Source: Macrostomum hystrix (lineage: Eukaryota > Animalia > Platyhelminthes). From it: a stretch of 64,000 bases of DNA. The notes under the pieces are model-generated. The model was not told the origin of the DNA. It made no database searches and saw only the letters and a program-made list of their open reading frames with translations. Of the stretch, positions 49,918 through 61,331 are shown in pieces. Within the stretch, counting starts at the first letter, position 1, and every line of letters starts with the position of its first letter. The translations under genes and the position numbers were made by a program. The stretch spans positions 2,108,001 to 2,172,000 of the forward strand of contig CATNEN010000003.1 in assembly GCA_950097015.1 (NCBI GenBank). Reading direction: 5' to 3'.

Positions 49918-51994
49918 TTACTCTTCCATGATGCTATCATTGTCCAGATTAACGCCGTCATTATCAACGCTTTCTACGTCGTCGCCCATGTCGGAATCGT
50001 CGCTATCATCGTCTTCGACATCGCCATCAGCGTCTTCCACATCGACATCATCTTCGTCCTCATTGTCATTATCGTCATCATGGTCGCACACAATGGTCGC
50101 ACCATTGTCCGTCGCAGCATTTTTATTGCGAACTGCCTCCTCATTGATCTCAGAGCCGTTGTTCCGAACAGAGCCTTTTGATAAAGTGCTGGCTCTTCGA
50201 GTCATCCGTTTTAGGATGCTGCCAACGTAGCCTAATGCAGACACGGATCCAAGCTGTCGTCGCAGGTTTTTGAATGGAGTATAACATCTAAAAATATTTG
50301 CTGAGTTTAGTCACAGCGAAAGGAATAATAATCCATAATTTGCTATTTGAAACATACTCACGAACAATGCACTCTGAAATAGCTATCGGAAGGCGCATTT
50401 TTGATCCCCGACCTTGAATGTTGAAGTGACACAATAACCTGGGGACTAGCTGCCACATAAGCATCAAATTGACGGCATCTGAAAGCTTGACACTGTTTTC
50501 AGTCCGCTTGAAGCAGTAATTGAGCTAAAATGAAATTAGTTGATGTATGTTGAAAACTATAAAATGGTACATTCATCTGCACAACGCAGTAGAAGACGCA
50601 AGGTAAACTTTCTCGTGACAAAACGTACATATGCTGCCCTTAGTTCCGGATCGTTCTGATTCTGAATTCGACTGTCGAAGTCTATCATCTGGTCGATTGA
50701 CTTGTAGGGCAGCGACCTGAGCAAATCAGTCATCGGAGCAGAAATTTCTTGCCTGCTTGATGAAATGATGAATTTCTCCTCCAATGAGACCATCCGCTCA
50801 AGGAGCAGCTTCATCCAATCTACAATTTTTAAACGTCTGCTTTAACGACTGATGAGGTATAAAAATGATCAAGAATCTGGTTTTATATTAATAACTATAA
50901 ACTGCTAAGCTCAACTTAGACGAAACTTACTTTCAAGATGCTTGCAATGGCATTGCTTCGCACACTGAGCAGTGGCACCAGATGATTGAGCAGTGGCACC
51001 AGATGATTGAGCAGTGGCGCCCGATGACTGAGCAGTGGCGCCCGACTGAGCAGTGGCGCCCGACTGAGCAGTGGCGCCCGACTGAGCAGTGGCGCCCGAC
51101 TGAGCAGTGGCGCCCGATGACTGAGCAGTGGCGCCCGATGACCAAGCAGTGGCGCCCGATGACTGAGCAGTGGCGCCCGATGACCGAGCAGTGGCGCCCG
51201 ACTGAGCAGTGGCACCCGATGGCTTCGCAGACCGAGCAGTGGAGCCCGACGGCTTCACAGACTGAACAGTGGTTTCAGAGGTTGATGACTTCTTAGCTAA
51301 TGGTGTTGATGGACTAGCCATTGGGCCGGATGACGTCTTGGCTACTGTTGATGGACTAGCCATTGGGCCGGATGACGTCTTGGCTACTGTTGATGGACTA
51401 GCTATTGGGCCGGATGACGTCTTGGCTACTGTTGATGGGCTAGAAATTGGTTTCGCTGGTTGAGTCTCAATTTTGGACTGAAAAATTGGCATACTTGGCG
51501 CAACTGGAAAAGACACTGATGGGTTAATATTCTCAACTGCGGCCAGTGGAGATTTTGTAAGTCGAGGACGACGACGCCGTGGTGCTACAGATTCATCCTG
51601 CCAGTCTTTGAAGTGCTCGACTTGCTTACGCTTCCGCTTCCCATCAACATCGGTGTCCGAAAGAGTGCCCGTTTTATCAAAGCGTGTAAGACGATTGAGC
51701 AAGTAGTCCAGATCGTCTGAAAAAATAATAAACTACACAGTGCGGATATGTACACAAAATCTGAACATGGGACACACGGTGCTTACCATTCCAAATGTGA
51801 CACTTGACAATCCTGTGGGTTTCCCAGCTGCTTCCTGGGTTCTCTTGCTGACGCAGACGTCTCACAAGCCTGGGGTCAGTAGCACTTGAGTAGTCATTTG
51901 GCAGCCTAACTGCTGTACCATCACTTGTGAACCAATTCATTGAAACAATCATATTTCCATCAGCGAAGTTTACAAAACAATATTTCTTCGTCAT
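49918..51994 (-). CDS. 5-exon accessory gene of element C (DUF4806-like): exons 51994-51787, 51716-50931, 50819-50629, 50524-50362, 50287-49918; 1-nt frameshift near 50268
   Basis: The GT-AG junctions keep phase. Features include an N-terminal VNFADG..VSMNW, an NLS GKRKRK, an FNIQGRGSK motif and an acidic tail. Confidence 0.7.
50965..51440. repeat. Coding tandem repeats: 18/21-bp (SGATAQ)n and about three 42-bp (STVAKTSSGPMASP) units
   Basis: Read directly within exon 2 of the accessory gene. Confidence 0.85.
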
Positions 51995-52150
51995 CAGTAA
52001 TCAGGATATCAGATCAGAAATATGAAAATTTAGACATTTAGATATTGTGATATGAATACAAATCAAGTTCTAATTGCTTGTTGTTATTTCTAACTTTAGT
52101 TGTTTATAACTGTTTGTTTGTTGGTGATCGAATTGTTTTAGTGATTTGTT

Positions 52151-54248
52151 TCAAAAGCAATTGTATGTATGGTGAAGTGGGCAAGCAAACCACTGCCCCT
52201 GAGAATCTGGCAATGGAATAACCATAAGCTTGCACAACACATCCTTCAACTGAATGCAGCAGACTGGAATGGACAGTCTTTCAAGCTTGTAAAAATGTAG
52301 CTGATCTGATTGAATTATTCTGCTATGAAAGGGTTCCTTATGCATGAATTTTTGGCCAACAAAGCTAATATGACCCTTGCTGTCATGAATAATGTTTCTG
52401 ACTTGGAGAATGGTTCCAGAGTTAGAGAGAATGAATCCATCTCGCTCATTAGTAGCAATTTGAGTTGATGGCAGTTTACATATTTTATACTGTGTAACAT
52501 TCATTGGAATCACACCAGGTGGCAGAATATTACTTGTGTGCTCTCTCTGTAGTTTAATTTCTGACTCACCAACACATGGATTAAACTGCCCTAGGCACTG
52601 ATTGTTTTCCTTTACTCTTTTGACAGCCTGCTGTAAAGGCATGGTTGGTGAACGAACAAGCCTCTTCACAAATCTTAAAAAATTCTCAAATGGAAAGCAA
52701 CTCACTTCATTTATATTTCTATGAGCAAGAACGTCCTCAAAAATGTGCAGAAGAGAATGAACATTGTATACAACAAACTGGCTTCCAAGTAAATTTCTTG
52801 TTTGTGTAACAAATGTATTACAAAGTTGCTGCAAAAAATCTAGATATTCATTGTTCAAACTTGGAGAGTTAAACAAGTTAATGATGACATGAAATGAAAG
52901 TAACCAGTTAAGAAAATCATCATTGCCAACATGGGGAATGAGAACAAAGGTGCTAAATACAAGAAAAATAGGCGTACTACTGTTGCTTTCCACAAAGAAA
53001 GATGCTGCAACAGTTCTGGCCTACGAGAAAAATCTGTTGGTAAGTACTTCCTTGCATGCATAAGGTATGCATTAACTTGTCCTTGAAGCAACTGAGAAAG
53101 GCGAAATGGCAGTTTACCTTCTTTAAGTATCTTCAAGGCCATGAGCCCAATACCTTTATAGAGCAAATGCATGGAATCAGCTGGGAAGCCAGAGATCATA
53201 TCAATAGAAAGATCTTCAAAAGCTGAGTGGGCATGATGATGAGCTGGTTGGAGCTGGTCTCGAAATGATTTGTCTGTTCGACGTGCAGCATTAAAATCAA
53301 GAAAAACAACAGTCCTGCCTTTGTTGCGAGTTTGCTCATAATCTGTTGTTCCTTTCTGGTGACAACGATCACATCCATAGTATCCATTATAACTTTTGAT
53401 ATTCTTAATAAAATATCGTGCTGGTGTATCACAAATAACATACTTTAGATGTATCTTGTATTCAATTCTGCATACATGAAGTCCATCTTGTAATATGCAC
53501 ATTTCACTTATAAATGAAGCCAAAAAATTGTTAGAACTTGATGGCTTTGAAGGCCCATAATAAAGTCCAACAAGAAATTCTGATGATTTAATGCCTTGGA
53601 TAGATGCAACAATAGTCCAAAAACCAGACACTGTGCTATTAAAAATAGGCAACCCATCAATACAAACATTAAGGTAGATTTCATCTGATTGTGGCAATAG
53701 ATGCACTACATTTAGAGAATTAAATATATACTTGATTCCAGAAGCAATTCCAAAATGATAGTATTTACCAGGAGGAACATTAATTAGCTCAATTGTCCTG
53801 AAGACCCAAGAAATGTACGAGGATCAGTTGGAAGCTCTGGATAGCTTGGCTTTAGTAGTTTAAGAAGATCTTTGATTGCCACATGTGAAAAATTATGATC
53901 TATACAGACCTGCTTAAATTTCTCACTGAAACATTCATTATCAGACTCTTGGTCAATAGAACTACCAAAACTTTCATCACCACTGCTATTAACATCATTA
54001 TTACTAATAGCAGCTCCAACTTTTTCTTCCAAAGCATCTTCACTAGAACTATTATTAGAATCAGATATTATACTTGAGAAATTACTAGAATTTGAAATGA
54101 TATTTTGGTCTTGGAGTTGACAATTATTAGCAGTTGAATTGTCATTATTAATACTATCAGTAGAATCTGTTTCACTAGAAGATGAAACTAAGTGTGCACT
54201 TAATTGCATTAACTGATTTGCAGCTTTTTTATGTCTATTAGATGCCAT
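52151..54248 (-). pseudogene. EnSpm/CACTA transposase, copy C (two 1-nt deletions)
   Basis: It has the same motifs as copy A. Frameshifts near 53795 and 52947 are single missing bases in short runs. Confidence 0.85.
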
Positions 54249-55746
54249 TTATTATTTTGAATTGTTGATTAGGATTTAAATTAACTTATAGCTAGGCTCA
54301 ACTTTTAAGAATCAAAATAGTAAACTTTTAATGTTTCAGTGGGAATGAATATAATTGATCATTTCTGCATAATATATACGAGCCTTATTAAGATCAGAAA
54401 TATACAATTTTTAGAAAATAAGCATAGCTAGATCAAAGCAAGTAATATAGAGCCTAGATAAGATAAAGGCCTACCTACTCTGCTGAGCTTTCCAAATTGC
54501 AAAACTAACTTAGCAAACAGTCAATATAAGAGTTATATATGCTTAATTACATCGAAACCAGATACAAAGTTTAGTTACACAACTATCAACTAAGCTACTA
54601 AAGAAGTAAAAAACGATTATAATTTACTATCCAGCAAATAATTGAACATCTTTCTCACACATTTGGAGTCTGCGTCAGCTAGAAAGACACACTACATTCA
54701 AATTTTCTAAGAGGAACACGTAACAAGCAACTAAACAAATATTAATTTGCTTATAGGCGCACGATTTGAAGCTTAAAGACAACAAAATAGTGTCGAAATG
54801 CAACAGTGACATCTGTGTCAATTATTTTGTAGCACAGGATCGATTTTTTTAAGACAACAAAAACTCGATTTAAAAAGAATTTTGCTTTTTAAACTTTCGT
54901 ACTTTTTATGTATCTTTTTGTGTCGTTTAAATTACGTATCAGTAACGTCCTAATTTAACGCATTTTTTTAAAGAGTGTTTATGGTGCACGGAAAATGTTT
55001 ACTTGTTTTTTATTCTTTTCTATTATTGCCTATGTAATATAGATGGCAATGGTGTGTGAAAAAAAACATTTTAGTTATAGTACATTTGGGGACGTATTTG
55101 GGACCTTGGGGTAACGTCTAAATGTTATACGGGAAAAGCACAGTTTAGGAGCAATAGTAAAAGCAGCACGGGGCAAGTCCCAGAAAATATTAGCTGTGCA
55201 AGGCTGCTGCAATTGTCAAATCCACTAAAATAACTTGCATTGCCATCCTCCGCCCTGACACCAAACACTATAAGCAGAACTGTCAGTTGCAGCCTTTTAT
55301 AGTATCAATATAATATTGGTATGTGCAGGATCATATGTATTGCTTATTTCTTATTGCTGAATTTTAGAGCCCGGATTACTAACTTATATATATTTGTTGT
55401 GTAACAATAAATATCTAAGCTGCATATAAATCAATTAATCTTTCACAACCACTTTGGCCCACTTTGAATGACCTGCTGCGTATTCGTTTGTCAGCAGAGT
55501 CCATGTCCATATAGTCAATATCACTATTTAGTCAATGTCCATATAGTCCAATATTCATATACTCTAATGGCAAAAGCACTTAACCTGTTTACATGCAAAC
55601 GCAAAAATGGCGTGAAAGCTTGCATGTAATTTACCTATGTGAATAAAATGCGCACACCAATATATGAAAAGCAAACAATGTACACTAATTTTACGTCCTA
55701 AGACGTTGACATAAAAAATGTTAAATAGAAGAAAATACATTTTTGG

Positions 55747-55980
55747 TTACAGCGTCACGGAGCGAGGATCAGCCAAGTTTTGCTCATCATCTGATACCTG
55801 GATAACAACTCCTTCAAAATCGCCATCGTCTAGTGTGACAGTAACAGTGACAGCCTGAGTGGACGCCAGCCAATCTGACCTAGTCCAAGATTCAATGGGT
55901 GTTGGAAATTGGATGATTTCCCTTGAAACAATTTGGAAGCTCTGGGCAGCACGAAAAAAATAGAAATGCAGAGACTTCAT
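55747..55980 (-). pseudogene. Truncated paralog of the unknown ORF 47568-48209
   Basis: There is clear amino-acid similarity over about 70 residues. Confidence 0.55.
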
Positions 55981-56042
55981 TCATCTGAAATTAAAATAAA
56001 TAAAAAACATTGAGTCATTGAGTATTGCCAACATGCCATTGA

Positions 56043-58376
56043 TGTGGAGTGTACTTCGGAATCGAGTGGGGTTGTGAGCCAGCCTAATTTTTTTCAATTT
56101 TTAGCAAGTCAATAATCGCGACCCACATAGCAGCTGGCCGCAGAACACCATCATTAATCTTAGGGCCAGACATTGGGCGGAGGTGAATTAAGTAGCCGCC
56201 GATTCCCTTTGTCTCGGATCTGTCTAGTCCCCTGTAGGAGTGACTGATCGCGGAAATAGCAATACTGTATGGACTAGTTTAGGTTATAATTCCCCTCCAA
56301 ACCGCGATCAGATTGTCGGGATCACTCATGCGTTTAGAGTGAGCTTTAATTCTTCATGTCCCTCTTCTTTACTGTAACCCGAGCCGAAGCTCGATTATGA
56401 CCTTTCCCCCTTTTGATACATGTAACGACACTATAGGCAGGTCGGCGCCTGCGCTTCCCATATCCCGGCGGGATCACAATCATTGGCCGACTGCCGGCAG
56501 ACGCTCCTAGTGGGGCATCTGGCGATTCTCGCCGCCGCTTCAGTGGGCAATTGGGGTGGCATTATGCCGACCCGATTCCTCGCTGACAGGCCGGCGAGCA
56601 TGTGGGTTATTTTGATGAATGCGAGGTTGGCGGAGCTGCAGGACTATTTAAGAGAGCGCGCTGCGCTGCCCCTAGAACAACCTACCTTCCACCGACCTTC
56701 CCCCGGACCTACGTGTCCACCCTTACAACCTTTTTCCCTTGTCCGGTCCCGGAACTCGGTCCGTGGACTCTCCCCCTTCTAGGCTAGCACCTAGTCCCTG
56801 AGCCTAAGGCTCCAGATCATAGCAGCAGGCAACTACCTGCTAGTGCCCTTAAGCGCAAGCCACCTCCTTAGGTGCGCTCCAAATTGAGCCTTGAGCTCCC
56901 TGCAGTCTGGCCCCTTGCCAACTGTACTCAGCAATCCCTCACCTTTTCTCCCGTTCATTTGCATTCCCCCGCGAGATCGACGACCTGCAGCCTGTCAACC
57001 AGCGTAGTCAGATAAGTAACCCGCGCAGCGGACTGTTATTGCTATCCCTAAGGGATTTACTATTTAGCTAGTGGGTAAAAGGGCAAGGGCAGGGATTTGA
57101 TTTAGCCTAATAAAACTATTAATTCACAACTCATCTAACTTATTGGGCATTTTAATAACAACTTAAATCCTTTTTACTATGCATTTCACTTTCTCTTATT
57201 TTATCGTTAGACAGCCCTCGATCATGAGTGGCTAACTTATTAGGGGGATGGGCTCTGGTGATGCCTAGCTGAAAGCTGCGGCAGGAGGATAACTGTGAGC
57301 GCGCATGGAAGTAATAAGGAGCTAGGGATTTGCGAGTAATATGCGGAGCGTAGCATGTGTTTCTCTGCTAGGGGTGGGGGAATTCCTTGGCGGGTTTTTC
57401 CTCTCTTTCTGGCAGATCAAGGAGTGCGTGTCAACCTCCCTTGTCAATGAATGTTTCCCTTCTGTTCCCCGCCTCTCGCTGCCGCCGCCATGGGAGCGAG
57501 GGGTGTGATCTAATAATCACCGCTTGCATAATCACTCAGCCAGTGTTCTGCTCAATCTCTCCTGCCTCTGATTTCCTCATCTCACACAGATTCGGATTTG
57601 CTAGTTATTTAATGTGTAGGCTGCAATCTAATGTATGGAATGTGTCTAATGTCTCATGAGTAGGATTCTGGCTATGGATTTCTCATTCGGGTTCGGAGTA
57701 CCACCTTTCTAGACCACTGTAGCGCAGTTTCAGGAATCCCCTTGTGAGGCGTGACTCGATCCATTCTGGGGTTCTCACCCTAGTCTAAAACGGAAGTTAC
57801 AGAATGCTCTATTTTTCGGCTTGTCTAAGATCTGTGTGACAAACTGGGAGCTGCGAGCTCCGGGGACCCAAGTTCCCAAATGTCTGCGGTGGCGACGCAG
57901 GCGCATTGGGTGGTGGCGCTACCTTCGATCATTATCCGCTTTGCCGATAGCCTTTCCGCATTTCTAAGACAAGAGCCTAGGCCGAGTCGACCACTGCTAC
58001 CAAAGTTAGGAGTCAGTTACGAACATGCTACTGATGACAGTAGGCTATCTAGCCCTGTCCTATTCGCTTGCGGGTAGTCCGACATCTATTTAGACTTTTA
58101 GCCGGTTTCGAGCACTGCTTGGGGTGGGCACGGCAGTCATGCCTGTGGCCTATGGGTTGGGTGGGACTGGCCAGCCTGAGGCCAATAGGACCACTCACTT
58201 GCATCCTTTGTACCGCCTCATCTCTCCCTTCATCTCTCCCTTCATCCCTCCCTTCGTCATCCCTCTCTGCGACAACTCGCGGCAGCAGCGATCGACCTCC
58301 GACTCTATCGTCGTTTTCCACACTCCTATCTTTCATGAGGGCGGTCATCGGCTAGCAAAAGACCCGAACTATTTCA
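56043..58376 (+). repeat. Putative long 5' LTR (start uncertain: 56043 TGTGG or 56421 TGTAAC)
   Basis: It ends in ATTTCA one nucleotide before the PBS and contains AATAAA at about 57108. No partner LTR is in the window. Confidence 0.5.
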
Positions 58377-58377
58377 A

Positions 58378-58398
58378 TGGTGGCATCGAGGTGGGATC
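58378..58398 (+). promoter_or_regulatory. Primer-binding site, tRNA-Leu-like
   Basis: TGGTGGCATCGAGGTGGGATC resembles the complement of the tRNA-Leu 3' end (TGGTGGCAGCGGTGGGAT). Confidence 0.65.
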
Positions 58399-59687
58399 TA
58401 GAAAGGGCGCGAAACGAACCTGAATTTTTTTTCAATTGTTAGTTTAGCGCCGCAGATTTCTGGGGTAGTTAGCCGTAAGGGCTTCTTCTAGATTTCATTT
58501 TCCGTATGCCGAAATCTTATCTCAGTTCTAGTGACTGTCAATTAATTTCCGAACAGTTACGATTTGTTTTCAATTTAATTTAGGCGTTTGTTAGAGTTTC
58601 CAAAATTCTGATTAGCGACTTTCTACTATGAGTAGGCTGTGTGAGCGGACTTCATGCTAGAGTGTCTTCGGGTTATGTGGCTGCTGCAGGAGTCGGGGAC
58701 TGTCTGTGGGGTTTCCCGCGTGACTGTTCTGGGAGGGGCCAATCTTAACGAAGGACCGGGCCATGCCGGTCAGGCCTCCTAACCGAGCGAAGTGAGCCCC
58801 CGGCAATGCAGCCGGGAACCGATGACTCGCTGAGCACCGGGGGTTGGTTCTCTTGGGCAGCTTGTAGGCCTGCTTACGTGTACCTGATTCTGAATGTGTC
58901 ACATAGCTTTGACCAAGTCTGACTTTGGTGGGGAACAGTTAGGGAGGTGGGACTTCTGAGGGAGGTCTAGCGACCCCCGTGCCCGCCTCTCGAAACTGCC
59001 TACTTCAAGTATGGGCTAGAATTCGGTCGGCACGTTTTTCTAAGAGATTCTTTGAGGGGTTTTCTAAATGGGGTAGCCAGGCTTTAGCCATGGACTCCTA
59101 TCCGAGCGAGATCCCAGGTATATCCCCCCTGGGCTTCCCAGTCTCGTTAATCGCGAGGGGGGCCCCCGGCAATGCAGCCGGGAACCGATGACTCCCTGAA
59201 CGAGTCGGGGATTATCCCTTCTCTGAGTATCTTATTGAGGCGTGTACTTTCCAAGGTAGGGTGATAGGCTGTTGCAGGCGCAAGCTTGCAGTAGTACTGA
59301 CCCCGCCGTACCTATAGTGCAACAGTCCGCTATAGGGTTGCAGAACGAGTGCTAAGTTAAAACCTAGACTTCTATGTCCCAAACTTAAGTGCGCGCAAAC
59401 AGTTGTCAGTAGCCAAGGCTGGAAGCAAAGCTAGCCAGGGCCCTGGGCCCTTTTTCTCTCTCATTGATCTTTGATCCTTTTTGCGGTAGGGTTGCTCTCT
59501 AGGAGTAGGAAATTCGCCGCATTATTAATTAGGGCTGGACTTGACAGCTCAGGCTCATTTTCTTTCCCCCCCGCACGATCTCCAGTCGTGATCTGTTTTC
59601 CTCTTCTCCCTTTCCCCCATTGTTGCATTAGCGACAGACCCCCCCTCTTTTTCATTCGCAAAATCCTCATTCCTCTTTTGGCCGAAA

Positions 59688-60746
59688 ATGTCCGACCAGG
59701 AGGGTGAGGTGGTGGAAGTGGTTGGAGTCAACCGCCCACCCAGAGGCCGCGCCGCAGCTGCGGCGCGCGCCGAACCCCCAGCGGCTGCTGCAGCACAGCA
59801 AGCCGACCCTATGGAGCGCCTGGCGCTGCTTTTAGAGCGGCTAGAGGTGCGACGACCCCGGAACCACCGGGTCAAAGTTGCTATTGAACCCCTCGAATCC
59901 CGAAAGGATTCCTTCCCCCTCTGGCTTCGCCGATTTAACCTGAAGCTGGAGGCGGAGGGTGTCGAATCCGAGGAGGAGAAAATCCTCACCCTCCTCGCTC
60001 ACCTGAGTGGCGAGCCCCTCACCGAAGCGCTAGGGTTGCCCCGCCGGGTGACCTACCTTAGATTCGTGCAGGATCTGACCGAGGCCCTTAGTGGCGCCTG
60101 CACCCCCTACGCCCGGCTGCTGAGCGGGCGTAATTTGAAGCAAGGACGGGACGAGACGTACCCCGCCTTCGCCGATAGACTCAGAACAGCGGCCCTGCAG
60201 GCCACCCCCAATGGCCACGGTGTGCACTTCGAGCGCGCTTTGCTGGCCTCTTTTATGGAGGGGATAGTGGCCCCACCCGAGGTGTTGGCACCCATCATGC
60301 GGATGGAATTTGCCACGGCTGAGGCCGCCGCCGCCGAGCTGCGTGCTGCCACGCAAGCGCATGAAATGGCGGTGGAGCGGGACCCTCGCCGGCGAGTGCG
60401 CCAAATCAGGACAGGTTCAGATGACGAACCGGACCAGCCAGAGCCGCAGCACGGGCTGCTGGCAGAATTAACCAAGGTGACCCAGCAGCTAGCCGAGATT
60501 TCTCAGCAGCTGCGGGAAGCCAAGCCCAGCTCCATCCCCCCTCTCTGCCCACACCCAAATGGGCATCAGTGGCACCCGAAGCGTGTAGAACACGGGGCTG
60601 CTGGCGGAGCGAATCGTGAGGTGGCGAAGGGAAATGGGAACGGGGCCGCCAATTGGAGGCAGTCCCACGGCCCCGAGACCCAGCCCGCAGCTCGACAGTC
60701 GGAGCGGCGGCAGCCGCCGCCTCCGACCTCCGAGAAGTCCGAGTGA
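59688..60746 (+). CDS. gag: Gag-like capsid protein (no CCHC knuckle)
   Basis: It has FPLWLRRF, LLAHLSGEPL and an MHR-like LKQGRDETYPAFADRLR...FMEGI. It is an intact 352-aa ATG ORF. Confidence 0.8.
   Translation: MSDQEGEVVEVVGVNRPPRGRAAAAARAEPPAAAAAQQADPMERLALLLERLEVRRPRNHRVKVAIEPLESRKDSFPLWLRRFNLKLEAEGVESEEEKILTLLAHLSGEPLTEALGLPRRVTYLRFVQDLTEALSGACTPYARLLSGRNLKQGRDETYPAFADRLRTAALQATPNGHGVHFERALLASFMEGIVAPPEVLAPIMRMEFATAEAAAAELRAATQAHEMAVERDPRRRVRQIRTGSDDEPDQPEPQHGLLAELTKVTQQLAEISQQLREAKPSSIPPLCPHPNGHQWHPKRVEHGAAGGANREVAKGNGNGAANWRQSHGPETQPAARQSERRQPPPPTSEKSE
60629..60675 (+). promoter_or_regulatory. Programmed -1 ribosomal frameshift signal
   Basis: The slippery heptamer G_GGA_AAT is in the gag frame (60629-60635). 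A 5-nt spacer precedes an 8-bp GC stem, CGGGGCCG (60641-60648) / CGGCCCCG (60668-60675). The -1 frame opens after TGA 60617-60619. Confidence 0.8.
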
Positions 60747-61177
60747 ATGCACTCGGCCGAGTCCCCACCCGAGTGCGAACCCGCCCAAATCGCTCTGAGC
60801 AGCTTAGTGAGGTGTGGGTCGCCTTGGAAGTGGAAGGGACACCCCTAGACCTCCTCATCGACACAGGGTCTATGGTAAATGTGCTCCCGGACTCGTTGTC
60901 ATCAATCTTTCAACACTACCCATTCGAACCCCCGCAATTTTCTCTTTTTGCTTATAATGGAACACCCATTGTTGCACAGGCGCAGGTCAGGGTCAAATTA
61001 CAGGTTGGCACCGAAGCGCTGGACACCGTGTTCTTAGTGGTTGAGGGCGACTGCTCTCCCCTGCTCGGTGCCTCCTGGTTGGCTCATCATCATGCCATCG
61101 TTGACTTTGACTCGCGCCACTTAATCATATATCGTCAATTTCTCCCCTTTTCACTCAGGCGGAAGGCTAAATTTTAA
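60629..61177 (+). CDS. pro: Retropepsin (aspartyl protease) in the -1 frame, giving a Gag-Pro fusion
   Basis: It has the LLIDTGSMVNVL active site and PLLGASWL. The stop at 61175-61177 has no RT after it. Confidence 0.85.
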   Translation, partial: GKWERGRQLEAVPRPRDPARSSTVGAAAAAASDLREVRVNALGRVPTRVRTRPNRSEQLSEVWVALEVEGTPLDLLIDTGSMVNVLPDSLSSIFQHYPFEPPQFSLFAYNGTPIVAQAQVRVKLQVGTEALDTVFLVVEGDCSPLLGASWLAHHHAIVDFDSRHLIIYRQFLPFSLRRKAKF

Positions 61178-61331
61178 ATTAGGAGGGTCACCGTGACCTA
61201 GGGTCAATCACCATTTTCTTTCCTCGCCCACCCCACCCCCTCCTCTGGTCGTCGACTTATTTAAGTAAGGGCTGGGAAAGCTAAGCAGGAAAGTTTTATT
61301 CTAGTTTAAGAACGAAGGAACTAGTTCAGAC

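Larger units (their letters stand above)
49177..55133 (-). mobile_element. Complete EnSpm/CACTA-type element C (5957 bp)
   Basis: The TIRs are CCCGTACAACA...TGTTATACGGG, flanked by AA(A) on both sides (2-3 bp TSD). GACGT/GGGAC subterminal repeats occur at both ends. It carries a transposase and an accessory gene. Confidence 0.85.
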
